DNA of 63,621 bases, the filler included, from Olpidium bornovanus S191 (Eukaryota; Fungi; Olpidiomycota), in assembly GCA_017911155.1 (NCBI GenBank). It is 30 parts of 30 records of this genome, joined end to end, with 100 filler letters (N's around TTAATTAATTAA, not from the genome) between each part and the next. Parts side by side here need not be neighbours in the genome. Positions count along the whole stretch, not along the records: positions 10,854 to 12,403 come from JAEFCI010011031.1; positions 12,504 to 14,835 come from JAEFCI010010913.1; positions 14,936 to 16,969 come from JAEFCI010008117.1; positions 17,070 to 18,155 come from JAEFCI010005528.1; positions 18,256 to 19,349 come from JAEFCI010012696.1; positions 19,450 to 21,171 come from JAEFCI010004384.1; positions 21,272 to 24,459 come from JAEFCI010008943.1; positions 24,560 to 28,440 come from JAEFCI010003543.1; 22 more parts are not named here. The stretch is one strand, 5' to 3'. The notes beneath the pieces are model-generated. The model was not told the origin of the DNA and made no database searches. It worked only from the letters and a program-made list of their open reading frames with translations. Positions 12,395 to 24,650 of this stretch are shown piece by piece. Positions within the stretch are counted from its first letter, which is position 1, and the number at the start of each line of letters is the position of its first letter. The translations under genes were made by a program, and so were the position numbers.

Positions 12395-13186
12395 TAAAAC
12401 ATGNNNNNNNNNNNNNNNNNNNNNNNNNNNNNNNNNNNNNNNNNNNNTTAATTAATTAANNNNNNNNNNNNNNNNNNNNNNNNNNNNNNNNNNNNNNNNN
12501 NNNCATGACCTTGACCTCACCGCAACATCCTGTGACGCTGATCGGCGCGAATGCTGCCAGGCGCGTGCATCAACGACGGGATCCGTCCTATATATGAGGG
12601 CAGCCTTGATCTCCTGGAGAGCGACGCGTCAAGCCTCGCTCACATCATCACATCATCAGGTTGGATGTTGGGAATGCAGAGAACCAACGGCAGACTGCGG
12701 AACCGCTCTGAATGGCAAGGCAGCGAGGCATAGTAAGAAGTGACCATGGGGTCTAGGTACGCCCGATGAGGGGGAGTGTAGAAAAATATAAGGGGGGAAG
12801 GAGGAGGTTTGATTGGCCACGTGTGGATTGCGCGCACGGGACGACGTCCCACTATTGCCGCCTTGTATATTCCGCTAGGGCGCTCGTACTATAAAAAAGC
12901 CAGAACCGGATAAAGATTCTACTCATATCAGCGGAGTCCAGTATCTGAGCTTGTGTGCTCTCCGTCTCCGCCTTCTTCTCGGGTCAACCGTTTCGCTACG
13001 ACACACCACGTCTGATGCGCCCCGTCGTCTGCTTTGCCGTTCGGCCGGCGGGAAAACAGGAGTGTGGAGGTTCCATCACGTGACCCGTAAAGCGAAAAAC
13101 GGATCGCGCAGTCGCAAAAAAAAACCGGAAGGGCGAAAAAAAAAAAAAAAAAAAAAAGACCTTCGAAAGCATTCAGGGAAGCAAAC

Positions 13187-14835
13187 ATGGCCACGGCACT
13201 GGTGCAGCAGCCGACCTCCGGGTTGAAGGACAGCGAGCCGCAGCAGCAGCAGCAGCAGCAGCTTCCCGGGCCGGCGCTTTTTACCTGCTTGTCATGCCAG
13301 GTGGCCTTCACCACCGCCGCTGCGCAGAGGGACCACTACCGCACGGATTGGCACCGGTACAACCTGAAGAGGAAGGTCGCGGAGCTGGGGCCGGTGACCG
13401 CGGAGGCTTTCGCGAGCAAGGTCATCGGTGAGTGTAAAGCACCAGCGCCTCTTCCTTTCCCGCTCTTCCCCCGTGCCGGTCGAAGACGAGAGCAAGGGGC
13501 GGGGAAGCGTTGTCCGTCAGCGCCCGCCCTCTCGGTGAAATCGGTTCGCAGATGTTCAAATAAAACGTTTCGCGCCCGCGATCGCCACGTTCCTGACCAC
13601 ACGCACCCACATTCGCTCTTGCACAGCTCAGAGGACGAAGACCCAGGCAGAGGAGCAGGCCGCCGCAGGTTCCGGCGTAGAGTGCGCCGCGTGCAAGTAA
13701 GCGTTGCCTTTTTTTTCTTGAGGTTTTCGTCGCGCCGCGCACGCCGCCGCCGGGTGTTCGCGAAGGCTGAAACGTCTCGGTGGGACAAGGAAAATCTATT
13801 CGACCGAGAAAAGCTACAACAACCACCTGCAGTCCAAGCGGCACAAGGATGCCGCCGCCCGCCCCCCGCCCGCCGCGGACGGACCCTCCTCGCGGGACGA
13901 AGACCCGCCTTCGGGGCCCGCCAAGGCCAAGGCGCCGCCGCCGCGGGCGCGCGCGGAGCAGCTGCGCATCACCGAAGACATGACGGAGGAGGAGGTCAAC
14001 GCCGCCGTCGACCGCAAAATCGAGTCTGCGCCGCGCCTGCAGCCGGAGGACTGCCTGTTTTGCCCGCTGCGGAGCTCCTCTTTCGAGGAGAACGTGGAGC
14101 ACCTGACGGTGGCGCACTCGCTGTTCATCCCCGACGTCGAGTACATCTCCGACCTGCGGGGCCTCCTCCGGCACCTCGGCGAAAAGATTTCCGTCGCCAA
14201 CGTGTGCCTGCTCTGCAACGGGCGGGGCAGGGGTTTCCACAGCATCGAGGCCGTGCGCGGCCACATGATCGACAAGAGCCACTGCAAGATTCCGTACGAC
14301 ACCGAGGAAGAGCAGTTGGAGATTGCGCAGTTCTACGACTTTTCCGCCTCGTACCCCGACGCCGGGGAAGGAGGACCGGACGGGGATGACGTCGAGAACG
14401 AGGAACGTTTGAACGTTAGAGGGTGAGTTCGAGCGCGTCTCGCCTGAGGAATTTTGTGATCAACCTTTCGCGCGTGTTACTTGGCTGAAGTTGGGAAACG
14501 CAGTGACATCACCTTCGGAGAAGACGAGACCGAGCTCGTTTTGCCATCGGGAGCCCGGTTAGGGCACCGTTCTCTGAAGCGGTATTACAAGCAATATCTA
14601 CGGGAAGAAAAGGTCGGTCGGTTATATGATGCCGGTGTCCGGGTCTGCTGCCGTTCCTGAACTGAGCAATGTTTTCCCGACGTTTCCTCTTCTTTTTAAT
14701 ACGCGGAGACCCGAGATTCGGTGATCATCAACCGCCTGCTCACGCACTACTCCGAATCAAGCAACCAGTACCTCGCTCGGATGGCTGGCGGCGGCAAGAC
14801 GGCGCTTGTTGCCGCGGCGCGGCGCAGCGGCATGG
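13187..14835 (+). CDS. REI1: Pre-60S ribosome maturation zinc-finger protein Rei1/Reh1 (ZNF622), 3'-partial, at least 5 exons
   Basis: FTCLSCQVAF...QRDHYRTDWHRYNLKRKVA; CAACK-KIYSTEKSYNNHLQSKRH; DCLFC...HLTVAHSLFIPDVEYISDLRGLLRHLGEKI...CLLCNGRG...AVRGHMIDKSHCKI; ELVLPSGARLGHRSLKRYYKQ. Confidence 0.95.
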
Positions 14836-15685
14836 NNNNNNNNNNNNNNNNNNNNNNNNNNNNNNNNNNNNNNNNNNNNTTAATTAATTAANNNNNNNNN
14901 NNNNNNNNNNNNNNNNNNNNNNNNNNNNNNNNNNNCCTTCTCCCCCCCCCCCCCCCCCTCCCCCCCCCCCCCCCTCCGACCGAACGAGACGCGTGAGGTC
15001 GACGTTTCGCCGTCTCGGCACCCTTTCGAAGGGCGTGCTCAGAAATGGACACCCTTCCCCTAGGGGTGTTGCGCCAGAAGTGGGATGCGGCGCGCCTGGG
15101 GATGTGCGTCAGAAGGGTGGCCTTTGCTGCCGCCCATTTGGCAGGGCCGCCCTTTGTGTCGTCCCCGGCTCTCCGGATTCAAGGACGGAGGGCCTGGCCG
15201 CCCCGCCGGGGGAATTTCTCTGCCAGATTCCCGGCGACGTTTGGCACAACGACGAGAGAGAAAAAAAAAACCCCCGTGGGACTTGACTCGAAACCCGCGC
15301 AAGCAAACGAAACGAGCGCATCGTGTCACACGATAGAGGGCCCCTCTAAGCTCAACCTCCGCTCCGGCAACCTTTTTTTTTTTCATTTCCTTCCCGCTGA
15401 CAGCGCGGCTGGTGGGGAAAAAAAAACCGAGGGGTTGATGATGATACACGCCGCTGGTTTTCTATGCGGAGCCAAAAAAAAAAAAAAAAAAAAAAACCGT
15501 AGACGGAATCCATGCGAATGCAACGTGATCAGGGAAAAAAAAAAAGGTATTGTCCCCCCCCCCGCCGGCAAAAAAGAAGGGCTTGCAGCGGGGGGGGGGG
15601 ATTAAGCTCGAGGTGCTCTACGCGAACCGGAGCGACTTCGAGACTCTCGTTCGATCTGGCGTGCCCGTAATTCCCCTCCCGTTGT

Positions 15686-16837
15686 TCATGGAATGACTCC
15701 GCGGATCTTCTCCTTTTGCGCCGGTGTAAGATTGGCGGGAAACCTGACGTTGTGTCTGATTATGAGGTCACCCTTGGATCCCGGGTGTTTGGAGATTGGC
15801 ATGCCCTCGCCGGGCATCCGTAACGTCTGCCCCGGCTGAACGACGGAGCTCGGACTCGAAATTTGAAGTTCGCGGCCGTCCAGGGTCTTGAGCGTCCGGG
15901 TGAAGCCGGTCAACGCCTCGCCCAGCGTGATATCGAGCGTGTGCAGCAGGTTGTTGCCCTCCCGCTTGAAAACCGGATGTGGTTTCTCTTCGATCACGAA
16001 CTCGATGTCTTGCGACGTGCCGTCGGGCAGGTCGTCGCCCGCGTTCTCGAAGCGGATTTTCGTGCCGGCCTGTGCCCAGGATGGTAGAGAGACGCAGTGA
16101 ATCAAAATTAAGAGGGAACAAAGCATCACTACCCAGGTTTGATCGAAAATGGCAGTAAATTCTGCGCCGACGACAGCGACAAGGTCCTCTGAGAAAAAGG
16201 GGGCGAATGCGGGAGGGGGAGGGAAAGGGGGGAAAAGTGGAAAGCAGATGAAAGCAGAAACAGCCGGCGCGGCTGCAAAACTTTCAAAGAGTAGGAACAG
16301 CACCCGACGATCTGGCGAACGGTGGGAGAGATACGCAAAATCGCAAATCATACCTTGTAACCCGGTTTGATGTTCAGGGTAAGAATTTTCTCCGCCTGAA
16401 CAGTCCTGCCCGAAACGTCGTGGAGCTTCCGGGTGACCTTAAGCTTCTTGGTGGTTCCCGTGTACAACTCCTCGAGAGACAGCGGCAAGCTCCTCTTGAC
16501 CGCGGCGGGGGCTTGGCGGCGGGGGCCGGTGCGGGCGCCGGCGCCCCCAACCCCCCCCCGGCCGAAGTGACCAAACCCGGGGAAACCGCCCATGCCCTCG
16601 TCTTCGTCCCCGGCCATGTCCGCCCTCATGCCCCGCATGCCGCCCATTCCGCCGAACCCGGAGAAGAACTGGGCGAAGATGTCTTCCGGCCGCGAGGGGT
16701 GAAACCCCCCGAAGCCGCCGCGGGGACCGCCGGAGGTGAAGGTGAAGGTCGTTCCGCCCGGAAAGCTGCCGAACCCGGGCATTCCGCCGCCTCCCGGTCC
16801 GCCTTGGGGGACGCCTTTCAAACCCTCTTCGCCGTAC
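15686..16837 (-). CDS. SIS1: Type II Hsp40/DnaJ co-chaperone (Sis1/DNAJB-like), 5'-partial (J domain missing)
   Basis: YGEEGLKG, G/F-rich region, PEDIFAQFF, LPLSLEELYTGTTKKLKVTRK...IKPGYK / AGTKIRF...IEEKPHPVFKREGNNL...LGEALTG...GEGMPISK...GDLII. No zinc finger. Confidence 0.93.
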
Positions 16838-17479
16838 CTTGATATTGGGGGGACGAGGCGGCGTCGATAAGAGTCGCGCGACGAAAAAAAAAAGCCGAAA
16901 GTCCAACCCGCAAAGGAGAGCGGCATCTCCCGTTTCAGCTGCCAAGGTGAACGAGGAGCGCGGCCCCCCNNNNNNNNNNNNNNNNNNNNNNNNNNNNNNN
17001 NNNNNNNNNNNNNTTAATTAATTAANNNNNNNNNNNNNNNNNNNNNNNNNNNNNNNNNNNNNNNNNNNNCCCCCCCCCCAAAGTTTTTTTTTTTTTTTTT
17101 TCTTCGGGGAGGGTTGGGGCCGTGCCCCGGCCCCCCCCCCCCCCCCCTCCTCTTCGCCTAAACAACCCATGAGAATCTCGATCAGAGACCCCCGTGTCAT
17201 CTCTGTTCTCGAGATCGTCCCCCCCCCCGCCCCCTCTTAGCGCGACCCTGGGGTTTTTGAAAAACGGACCGAGTTGTTCAATCCCCGTCAGAGCCCGGCC
17301 GGGGAAACGGCTGCGGAACGTCCCGGAGTTGCGTTTGTTTCTTTTTTTATGTTTCTATTTTGCCTTCGTGTGACGCCGGCCAGCCCTCTCGCGGGGCACT
17401 CCCGCCCGGCGGGCGTTCGTAATTTTCCCTCGACTAGGGAGGCTGACTGGGAGGGCCAGGGTTTTATAGCCTTTGAAAA

Positions 17480-17730
17480 AGAAGGACGCCAGGAAAATAA
17501 AAAAGTGCGCGGGGAGAGAAAAATCAAACAGTAAGAAAAAAGAAAAGAGAAAAAAAACAAAAGGTAATAAAAAATCAAGTAATAGAAAGAACAAAAATGG
17601 AAGAAAAACAAAGACAGAAAGAAAAAGAATGAAAACGAAGAAACAAAGCGAGAAATAAATTTACAGAAAACCAAAGAAAGAAGACACGGGTAAAAAAACC
17701 CAAAAATGGAGTAAAAAAACTTAAAAACCC
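17480..17730. repeat. A-rich low-complexity tract
   Basis: About 250 nt of A-runs broken by single G, C or T. Non-coding. Confidence 0.85.
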
Positions 17731-18520
17731 ACGAAAATGGAAAGGAAGGGGTGCGGCCCTGGCCGTTTGTCATTGGCCGCACCCGATCGCAAAATAATTT
17801 TTTTGTTGGGCTCCGCTTCCGAAAGTTGGGCGGGTGAGGGCGGCGGGAAAGATAAAGAGGGGGGGCGGGGACGGGAAAGGGGGGTTTTACATCTGTCTCA
17901 AACGGCGTAGTTCAGCGCGTGCGCGCGTCCTCCGGGGTGCCCAGCCGCGGACGCGGCGTTGTCACCTTCGCTGTGTGAGGACGTAAAAAGTGCTTAAAAC
18001 ATCTGACCGCCCCACCCCCTCTGATCGCCGTCCGCCGCGCGGAGACGGTTTTTAAGCTTTCAATTTCGGTCCGGGGGAAGAGGCGGGGTGGAGATGGGGG
18101 AAGGGGAGAGGGCGCGCGCGTTTCGGACACAGAGACGTGCTATCTCCTGCATGCGNNNNNNNNNNNNNNNNNNNNNNNNNNNNNNNNNNNNNNNNNNNNT
18201 TAATTAATTAANNNNNNNNNNNNNNNNNNNNNNNNNNNNNNNNNNNNNNNNNNNNCATGAAATTAGCAATTAACTGAAAGCCATTTTCCACTGCGCGTTT
18301 CTGCTAGAATCGGAAGAGTGCATTGCCAAAGATGCCTCGGAAGGCGACACTGCAGCTATGACCTTCAAGGTGAAGTACGATGCCGCGAAGCGCCCACTGC
18401 TGATGTCGGCTCCTCGCCAATGGCGGTAGGACACCCCAGAGCAGCAACTCCGTGGAGCAAGCCAAACGTAAGAGAAAGGTGCAACGGCTGTCCGCGGCAC
18501 TCCCCTCTCGATCTACTGAT

Positions 18521-18570
18521 ACAGATACCGATACAGATTTGCAGGTTCACAGATACCGATACAGATTTGC
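18521..18570. repeat. 22-bp direct repeat ACAGATACCGATACAGATTTGC x2 with a 6-nt spacer
   Basis: Exact copies at 18521-18542 and 18549-18570, with internal 6-nt periodicity. Confidence 0.85.
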
Positions 18571-19261
18571 CGTCTTATGGTCTCCAATTCCATGGGGTAT
18601 CAGTTTGCCGAAATCCCCCCCCCCCCCCAACCTTCCATTCCCCCCACCCCCACCAACTTCTGCCTTTATTTAGCGTGCACAGAAACCTTGGACCAAAACA
18701 CATCGATATTTGTCTTATAATATCACGCTGTTCCATTTTTCAATTCACCAATCGTGCGAACGGACGTCTGGTGTTCGAAACGGGCAGCCGGCGAAATTGG
18801 GGCCCGTACAGGGTGACTGCGGCCTGCTTGCTATGTGAGCCTCGTTTTTTTTTGGTTTGAGTTATCTTTGAAAAGAGCGCTTTTCGCGCAGCCCTTCTCC
18901 TTCCATCCTTTCTAATTATTGCCGAGTTTCTGAAACGCAGTCGGTGTTTGCAATTATAATTTTTTTCCAGACTTGCTTGGGGAAGGGGGGTGTACTTTTT
19001 GTGTGTTCCCAGGGGTTTTTGTCTCACTCTCCCCGTCGATCCGACGTATGAGACGTTTCCCGGGGGACTTAAAAAAAAACACCAATTGAAACCCGAGAAG
19101 CACACAACCGTGTGACGTCGGCGGTGGAAAGAGGTGCTTCCGGCCTCTCCCTCCGCGCCTTCTGTTCTTCTTCTTCTTCTTCTTTCTTCTTCTTTTCCCT
19201 CCTCAACTTCTCCCCCTGTTTCCCCTTCCCCCCCTCCCTCCCCCGCATTTTCTTTCCCCGC

Positions 19262-19340
19262 TTCCCCGCGCACTCTCTCTCCGTCTCTCTCTCTCTCTCC
19301 CTCCCTCCCTCTCTCTCTCTCTCTCCCCCTCTCTCTACCC
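19262..19340. repeat. (CT)n-rich microsatellite
   Basis: Interrupted CT dinucleotide run near the contig end. Confidence 0.8.
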
Positions 19341-21323
19341 CCTTCGGCGNNNNNNNNNNNNNNNNNNNNNNNNNNNNNNNNNNNNNNNNNNNNTTAATTA
19401 ATTAANNNNNNNNNNNNNNNNNNNNNNNNNNNNNNNNNNNNNNNNNNNNCATGCCGCAGATATTTATGTCAAAATCTTATTCCCGAAATGTTCGGTTTAG
19501 GTCTCGGGAATTGTTTTCTTTTTAAAAAATGCCGCAAGCTTTCTATTATCCTTTCCACGTGACCGTCATCAATACTTACGTGAGTCGCTCCCCCTTGTTG
19601 GCAAGGTTCGGGTCTTCCGCGCGAGTCGGCTTTCAAGTTTCAATGCCGTGAGCCGCGCGTTCAAAGGAGTCAAGGTAACCACGGTGAGCCGGTTCATCCG
19701 CATCGCCAGCGACGCCAATCGCGTTGTTAGCTGGGCTTCGTCCACTTGACAATCAGTCTCAAGAGGCGCCCCCGCGGCTTGGAGGGACAGGCCGAGCCGA
19801 CCGTGAGATTGGGGACTGCGCGAAAACAAAACCCGTGCAGAGCCGCTCGCCGGCACCCCGCCCCGCCTTCGGACGGCGCCCGCGTGTGGTCAACCCGCCC
19901 GGGACGTTTGTGGGAGCCCGTGCGCGCGCCCGGAAAAAAAAAAAGAAAATAAAGCTTTTGACAAACAGAGTTTCCCCACCCCGCAATAGTGGAGAAGGCC
20001 CCGGTCCTGGTCCCGGCTCGAGAGCCTCTGGAACGCGGGGCGGGGGCAGCAGGGAGCAAATGGGCGCGGGAGCGTAGAGAATAAAGGTTGTGGCGTTTAA
20101 GAAAAAGGGGAAGGGGGGGAGAGGGGGGAAGGAACAAGCTGCCGGAACCGTCTCACGCTGCCATCAGCGCGGCCGCTACCTGCGGGTCGGCCGCGAAGAG
20201 GGCAGGGGTAGGCGGCGCAACGAAAGTTTCAAACGGTGCCCGTCTTCCCGGCCGTTCCTCGAGTTCGCCGAGCTTCCGTTCCCTCCAGTAAAGGACAGCC
20301 GACTCTTCTTCCCGTTACCTCGGACGAGGCGCGAAAAAAGCGCGCCGGGGACTCCGCGGTTGTTGCACACCGTGAATTCTCTCCTTTTGCAAACTCAAAC
20401 GTCCGTCACGCGCCTGCCGAGCCCTGCAGAGCGCGCCACGTTCAAGGCGAGGACGATACGCCGCAGCAACACGTGCGCGAGGGCCGCGCGCGCGTAACTT
20501 GAAACACTCTCGCAAGATTGCTCCCTCAAGTTAACGTTTGACGAATTCTTGTCCGGCCTGCTGCCAGCACACGCGGAAAAGGAAGCGGGACGAGGCCGTT
20601 GCGGCGCAGCAGGCCAAGGCCGCAGTGCGAGTAACGGGCCAGGATGGAAGCTCGGGCGGTTAACCGCTTATAATATCTTTCCACATTTGCGGGCTTGCGA
20701 CTGCAGCTGTTGACGAAACCGTTCTGGCTCCAGTCACCGACTTTTGTCTTGTCGTGACCGTTTGCTTCCTGTCACCAGAACGCGTTTTTTCTTTTGGCGG
20801 CACGTTCGCTTAGATGTCGGCGGCATTGGCGTCAATCGAAGCCGAATTGGCAAAGGTCATTTTTGATTGCCGCGCACTGATAACTTCGGCAGATGGAGAG
20901 CCGTTGTATGGAGATCTCCACGATTATTGATGCTTACGTTCTCTTTCAGGACGTTGCACGCGGGCTGCCTTCAAATGAACCTCGCTTCCCAGAACTAAAG
21001 AATACCGTTGCGCCTGGCTCCAGGGTGCGAAGCGCCAAATGACGGAGCAAGCAGTCCTCCGCAACAATGAGTTTTATGATGCCGCTGTGAGGCTCCGCGA
21101 AGTCGGCAAGCGTGTCACGATTTCCGCAATCCCGGCGGGCCAAAAATGGATCAGGATAAAGCTGAAACATGNNNNNNNNNNNNNNNNNNNNNNNNNNNNN
21201 NNNNNNNNNNNNNNNTTAATTAATTAANNNNNNNNNNNNNNNNNNNNNNNNNNNNNNNNNNNNNNNNNNNNCCCCCCCCCCCTCCCCACCGCCTTCCTTC
21301 CCCTCACTCTCGCCTCTCCCCAG

Positions 21324-22436
21324 ATACTGGACCCGGTTGCGGACTTCGTGGAACACATTTCGTCGGAGATGCCCGTGGAGACGGATTGGGGGAGCTCGAT
21401 GAAGGGGTCGTGGTACCTTTCGGCGCGGCAGCACGTGCTGGAGTTCGTGCTTTTCAACGCCGTGTTCTTCGTCGCTACCCGGCAACTGTTCCGGAAAGTC
21501 TTAGCGCCGGGATCGCCGCAGGACGTGTCGTTCCGGACGTTTGCGCCGCCGTCGACGCCGTGCCGCGGCGAGCGCTTTATGCTGGCGGCGACGCTTTTCT
21601 CCTTCGCGACCGCCGTGGCCCACAAGTGCGTCCGCGGGTCGACGATCTTCCTCCTGCAGCCGTGCCACGTCTCGGCCGTGCTGCTGTTGTACGTCCTCGT
21701 CGCGCCCAAGACCAGCCGACTGCCTCACATCGTGTTTAACATCTACCTGTACATCTTGTGGGGCACCATCACCGCTTTGGTCTTCCCTGACCTGAGGGAT
21801 TACGACCTCTTTTTCGAAATAGAGAATTTTTTCCTTGGTGAGCTTTCCGCCGGCAGGCATCGCGGGTCTGGACTGTCGTTCTCATGCGCTGACCGTCAGA
21901 TGGCGCTCGTGTTTTCTGAAATTTAGAGCATTGTCTCCTCCTCGTCGTTCCCGCGTACCTCGTGTACTCTGGCCGAGTCCACGTTTGGCCTCCCTCTTTG
22001 CCGGTCGCGCTGCTTTCTTATACGCTGAAATGCCTATACCACTCGCTCATTCTTAGCGCTTTTGCGCTCCTAAGAGGCGCGAACCTCAACTACTTGCTTT
22101 CCCCTCCACCCATATGTACGTCGACCGTCGGCATTCCCCGCGCCGCTTTGAAGCTTGGCAGACTCCTGCGGATAATCTGACGTCCAGTTTTTGTCGACGA
22201 CAGCTATAATGCATTCCCTCGGAATTTGGTATAGAATGTTTATGTGGGTACACACTCTCGCAGGTGCTTATTTATTTGTGAAGTCGCGCCGATTGTAGAT
22301 TGAAATGGACACCCGCCTGTCTTTATTCCACTATAGGTACACGGCATCGCTGATATTGACCATCGCGACGCGGTACGTCGCCGTGGAGTTCGTTATCAAA
22401 CTCCTCTCCAACGGCTCACCAAAGTTAAAAAGATGA
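21324..22436 (+). CDS. TMEM164: TMEM164-family membrane protein (putative acyltransferase), 5'-partial, 4 exons
   Basis: GSWYLSARQHVLEF...FLLQPCHVSAV...WGTITALVFPD...FEIENFFL / EHCLLLVVPAYL...GANLNYLLSPP / ...GIWYRMF / YTASLILTIATR...*. The QPCH, ALxFP and NLNYxLxP motifs are typical of TMEM164. Confidence 0.85.
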
Positions 22437-22711
22437 ATTAGAACAAAACAATTCCGAATTATCTCCCTTTCTTAACATCTGCCGCGGACTTGTGCTGATT
22501 TGTGAATCATTCGGAAGCGATGACGGTGTAGTTGGTTGAATTCGTATTCAGCGCCGAAGAAGACTCGGCGCTTTATTTTTTGGTTTTTTTTTATTGGCGG
22601 TGGACTCACTTCAATCCGTAAGGAATATTTCTATTCACAGTCAACATGGAAACGGCCACCGAAAGTGAGCTCACCTGCCAACAGACGTCTCCTCAACAAC
22701 AGGGAAGGGCG

Positions 22712-24372
22712 TTAGGCACCGACGCGTTCATCTTCCTGACCCGGAGCCGACGAAAATCTCTCGCTCTCCGTCTCCGAATCTGTCGCCGCCGGTGCTGCAA
22801 TACCCAGGACAGCTGAGGACAGCGACTCGGGATCTTCCTCGAATGTAACCTGCGTCGACAGTGCAGGCTGTGCGCTCGGGGGCCTCGTGGCGGAACGGGA
22901 CTCGGTTGGCGTTCCGAATTCGGACTCTGACCAGTCGCCCTGGATGACCACCTGGCCGCGATAAGCGGGTGCTGTGTGGGGCCGGTAGGCCTGATGTACG
23001 GGAATCTCCGGGACGTCGGTCCCGACTGCCTCGTCGACCAGAATATCCGTGTCTTCCGTCTCGACCGCCTCGTCTGCCAGTGAGTTCTCGTCGCCCGCTG
23101 CCGAGTGGTCCTCCTCCTGCCCACCGTCTTCCGTGGCACCAACCTTTCCGCGGAGGCGCGAGGAAGGCGGCGTGCTATCGGCAGTCGTTGATCTGCCCCG
23201 ATTGCCCCTGGAAGTCCCCGGACGGCGCCCGCGCCGAGACTCGGACGTTGACGGTCCAGCGCTCCGGCTCCGCACGGTCCAAGATTTCGGAGCTGCGCTC
23301 TCGTCGCTCCTGGTTCTCCTCGGCGAGCCGGTCGTCGCCCGTTTCCTGCGAGGCGCATTCGCCGACCCCTCCGTTGCGCCAGGTGGCGCCCTGTTGGTCT
23401 TTGCCGCATTCACATTTCTCTGTCTTGCCCTCGCCCTCCGCTCTCCCCTGTCCTCGCATTCCTGGAGAAGGCGGCGGACGTTATTGAGGAGCGGGTTCGG
23501 GTTCGCATAAACGTTCGCTGTTGTCTGCAGCCGTTCCGGACATGCGGGGTACGCAGTCACTGTCGGCTGGGCCCATTTTAAAACCGCCGGAAAAATTTCC
23601 TCAGTCAGATGTCCGACCGCTGTTGGCCCGCGGCCTTTCGACGTCAGCAATTTCCTACGTTCTGTGATTACCTTCTTTCTGCCGCCCAAGATCTTCGTGT
23701 TCGGTGAGCTGGCAAAGTAACGCCTCAAAGCGACCTGATGCCCCCGTTCCGAAACGGCGGGAAAAGCGAGAAATGTAGAAATAGAAGGGAAAAAAAAATG
23801 TGAATCAGCCAATACGTAGAGTAATGACCGGATCAAAGGGGGGATAACCCGCAGGAGGACGACGAGAATTCTGTTAGACCTCCACTTCGCGGTTGAGCGT
23901 CTGCTCTTCCTGCCGGCGCCTGACAGCCAGTTCTCGCTCGTGCGCGTCCATCTCAATCTGGTGGCATTTGAACTCCTTAGGATCGACCACCTCTCCCGTG
24001 GGTTTTATCTTGGGGCGGGCCGGTCGGTTTTCCCCGAAATCAGCGAGATGCGAGCAAAAGCGCAGAAGACGGCAGGTGGGACGAGGAGAAAGTCAAGGGG
24101 CCACAGCGGGGCAAGCACCACTCTCTCGCTGTCCGATTCCGATTCCCCCTCTCCCCTCCCTTTTCCCCTTGCACGACGGATCTACGGCGGTCCGAAAAAC
24201 TCACTATGCCCTGCCGGATGAGGTGGCGCTGGACGCTCGGCGCGCTGAAAAAGTCTGCGAGCGCTTCGTCCAACAGCGCTTCGTAATGGATTTTTTCGGT
24301 GGTCGCGAGGTTCACGTCGTACGCTCGCTCCCGTATTCTCAAGCGCCGCATCCTCTCGTCTCTGAAGCGCAC
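22712..24372 (-). CDS. ERICH3-like (glutamate-rich, cilia-associated) protein, partial
   Basis: Spliced YEALLDEALADFFSAPSVQRHLIRQGI / IKPTGEVVDPKEFK aligns by eye with the ERICH3 N-terminus (YNSLMDKHLAGYFNNTRIRRHLLRSGLITRSGRILSEKEYK). It is followed by a coiled coil and an acidic low-complexity tail. Confidence 0.65.
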
Positions 24373-24408
24373 CTCCCCCCCCCCCCCCCCCGCCTTTGGC
24401 TTTTTTTT

Positions 24409-24441
<33 letters not shown>

Positions 24442-24650
24442 CCTTTCCCTCCGCCACGCNNNNNNNNNNNNNNNNNNNNNNNNNNNNNNNNNNNNNNNNN
24501 NNNTTAATTAATTAANNNNNNNNNNNNNNNNNNNNNNNNNNNNNNNNNNNNNNNNNNNNCCCCCCCCCCCCCGCAATCCGCATGAGCCGGCTGACGCACA
24601 GTCACCTGCGAGCGTTTACTGGGCGATAAGCACCGCACGCAATTTGCCTC

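Noticed and set aside
14831-14835. Terminal CATG as a remnant of the SMART cDNA adaptor (GTACATGGG)
   Set aside because: CATG is not followed by GG at contig starts, it reads in frame in conserved genes, and the contigs contain introns, so they are genomic.
17365-17470. TATAAAA followed by a foldable GC-rich segment of about 80 nt on the minus strand (possible ncRNA)
   Set aside because: The stems are only 5-7 bp in GC-rich DNA, and no snRNA, SRP or tRNA signature was recognised. An Infernal/Rfam search would be needed.
18318-18480. CQRCLGRRHC as a zinc knuckle
   Set aside because: The spacing lacks the fourth ligand of CX2CX4HX4C, and there is no supporting exon structure.
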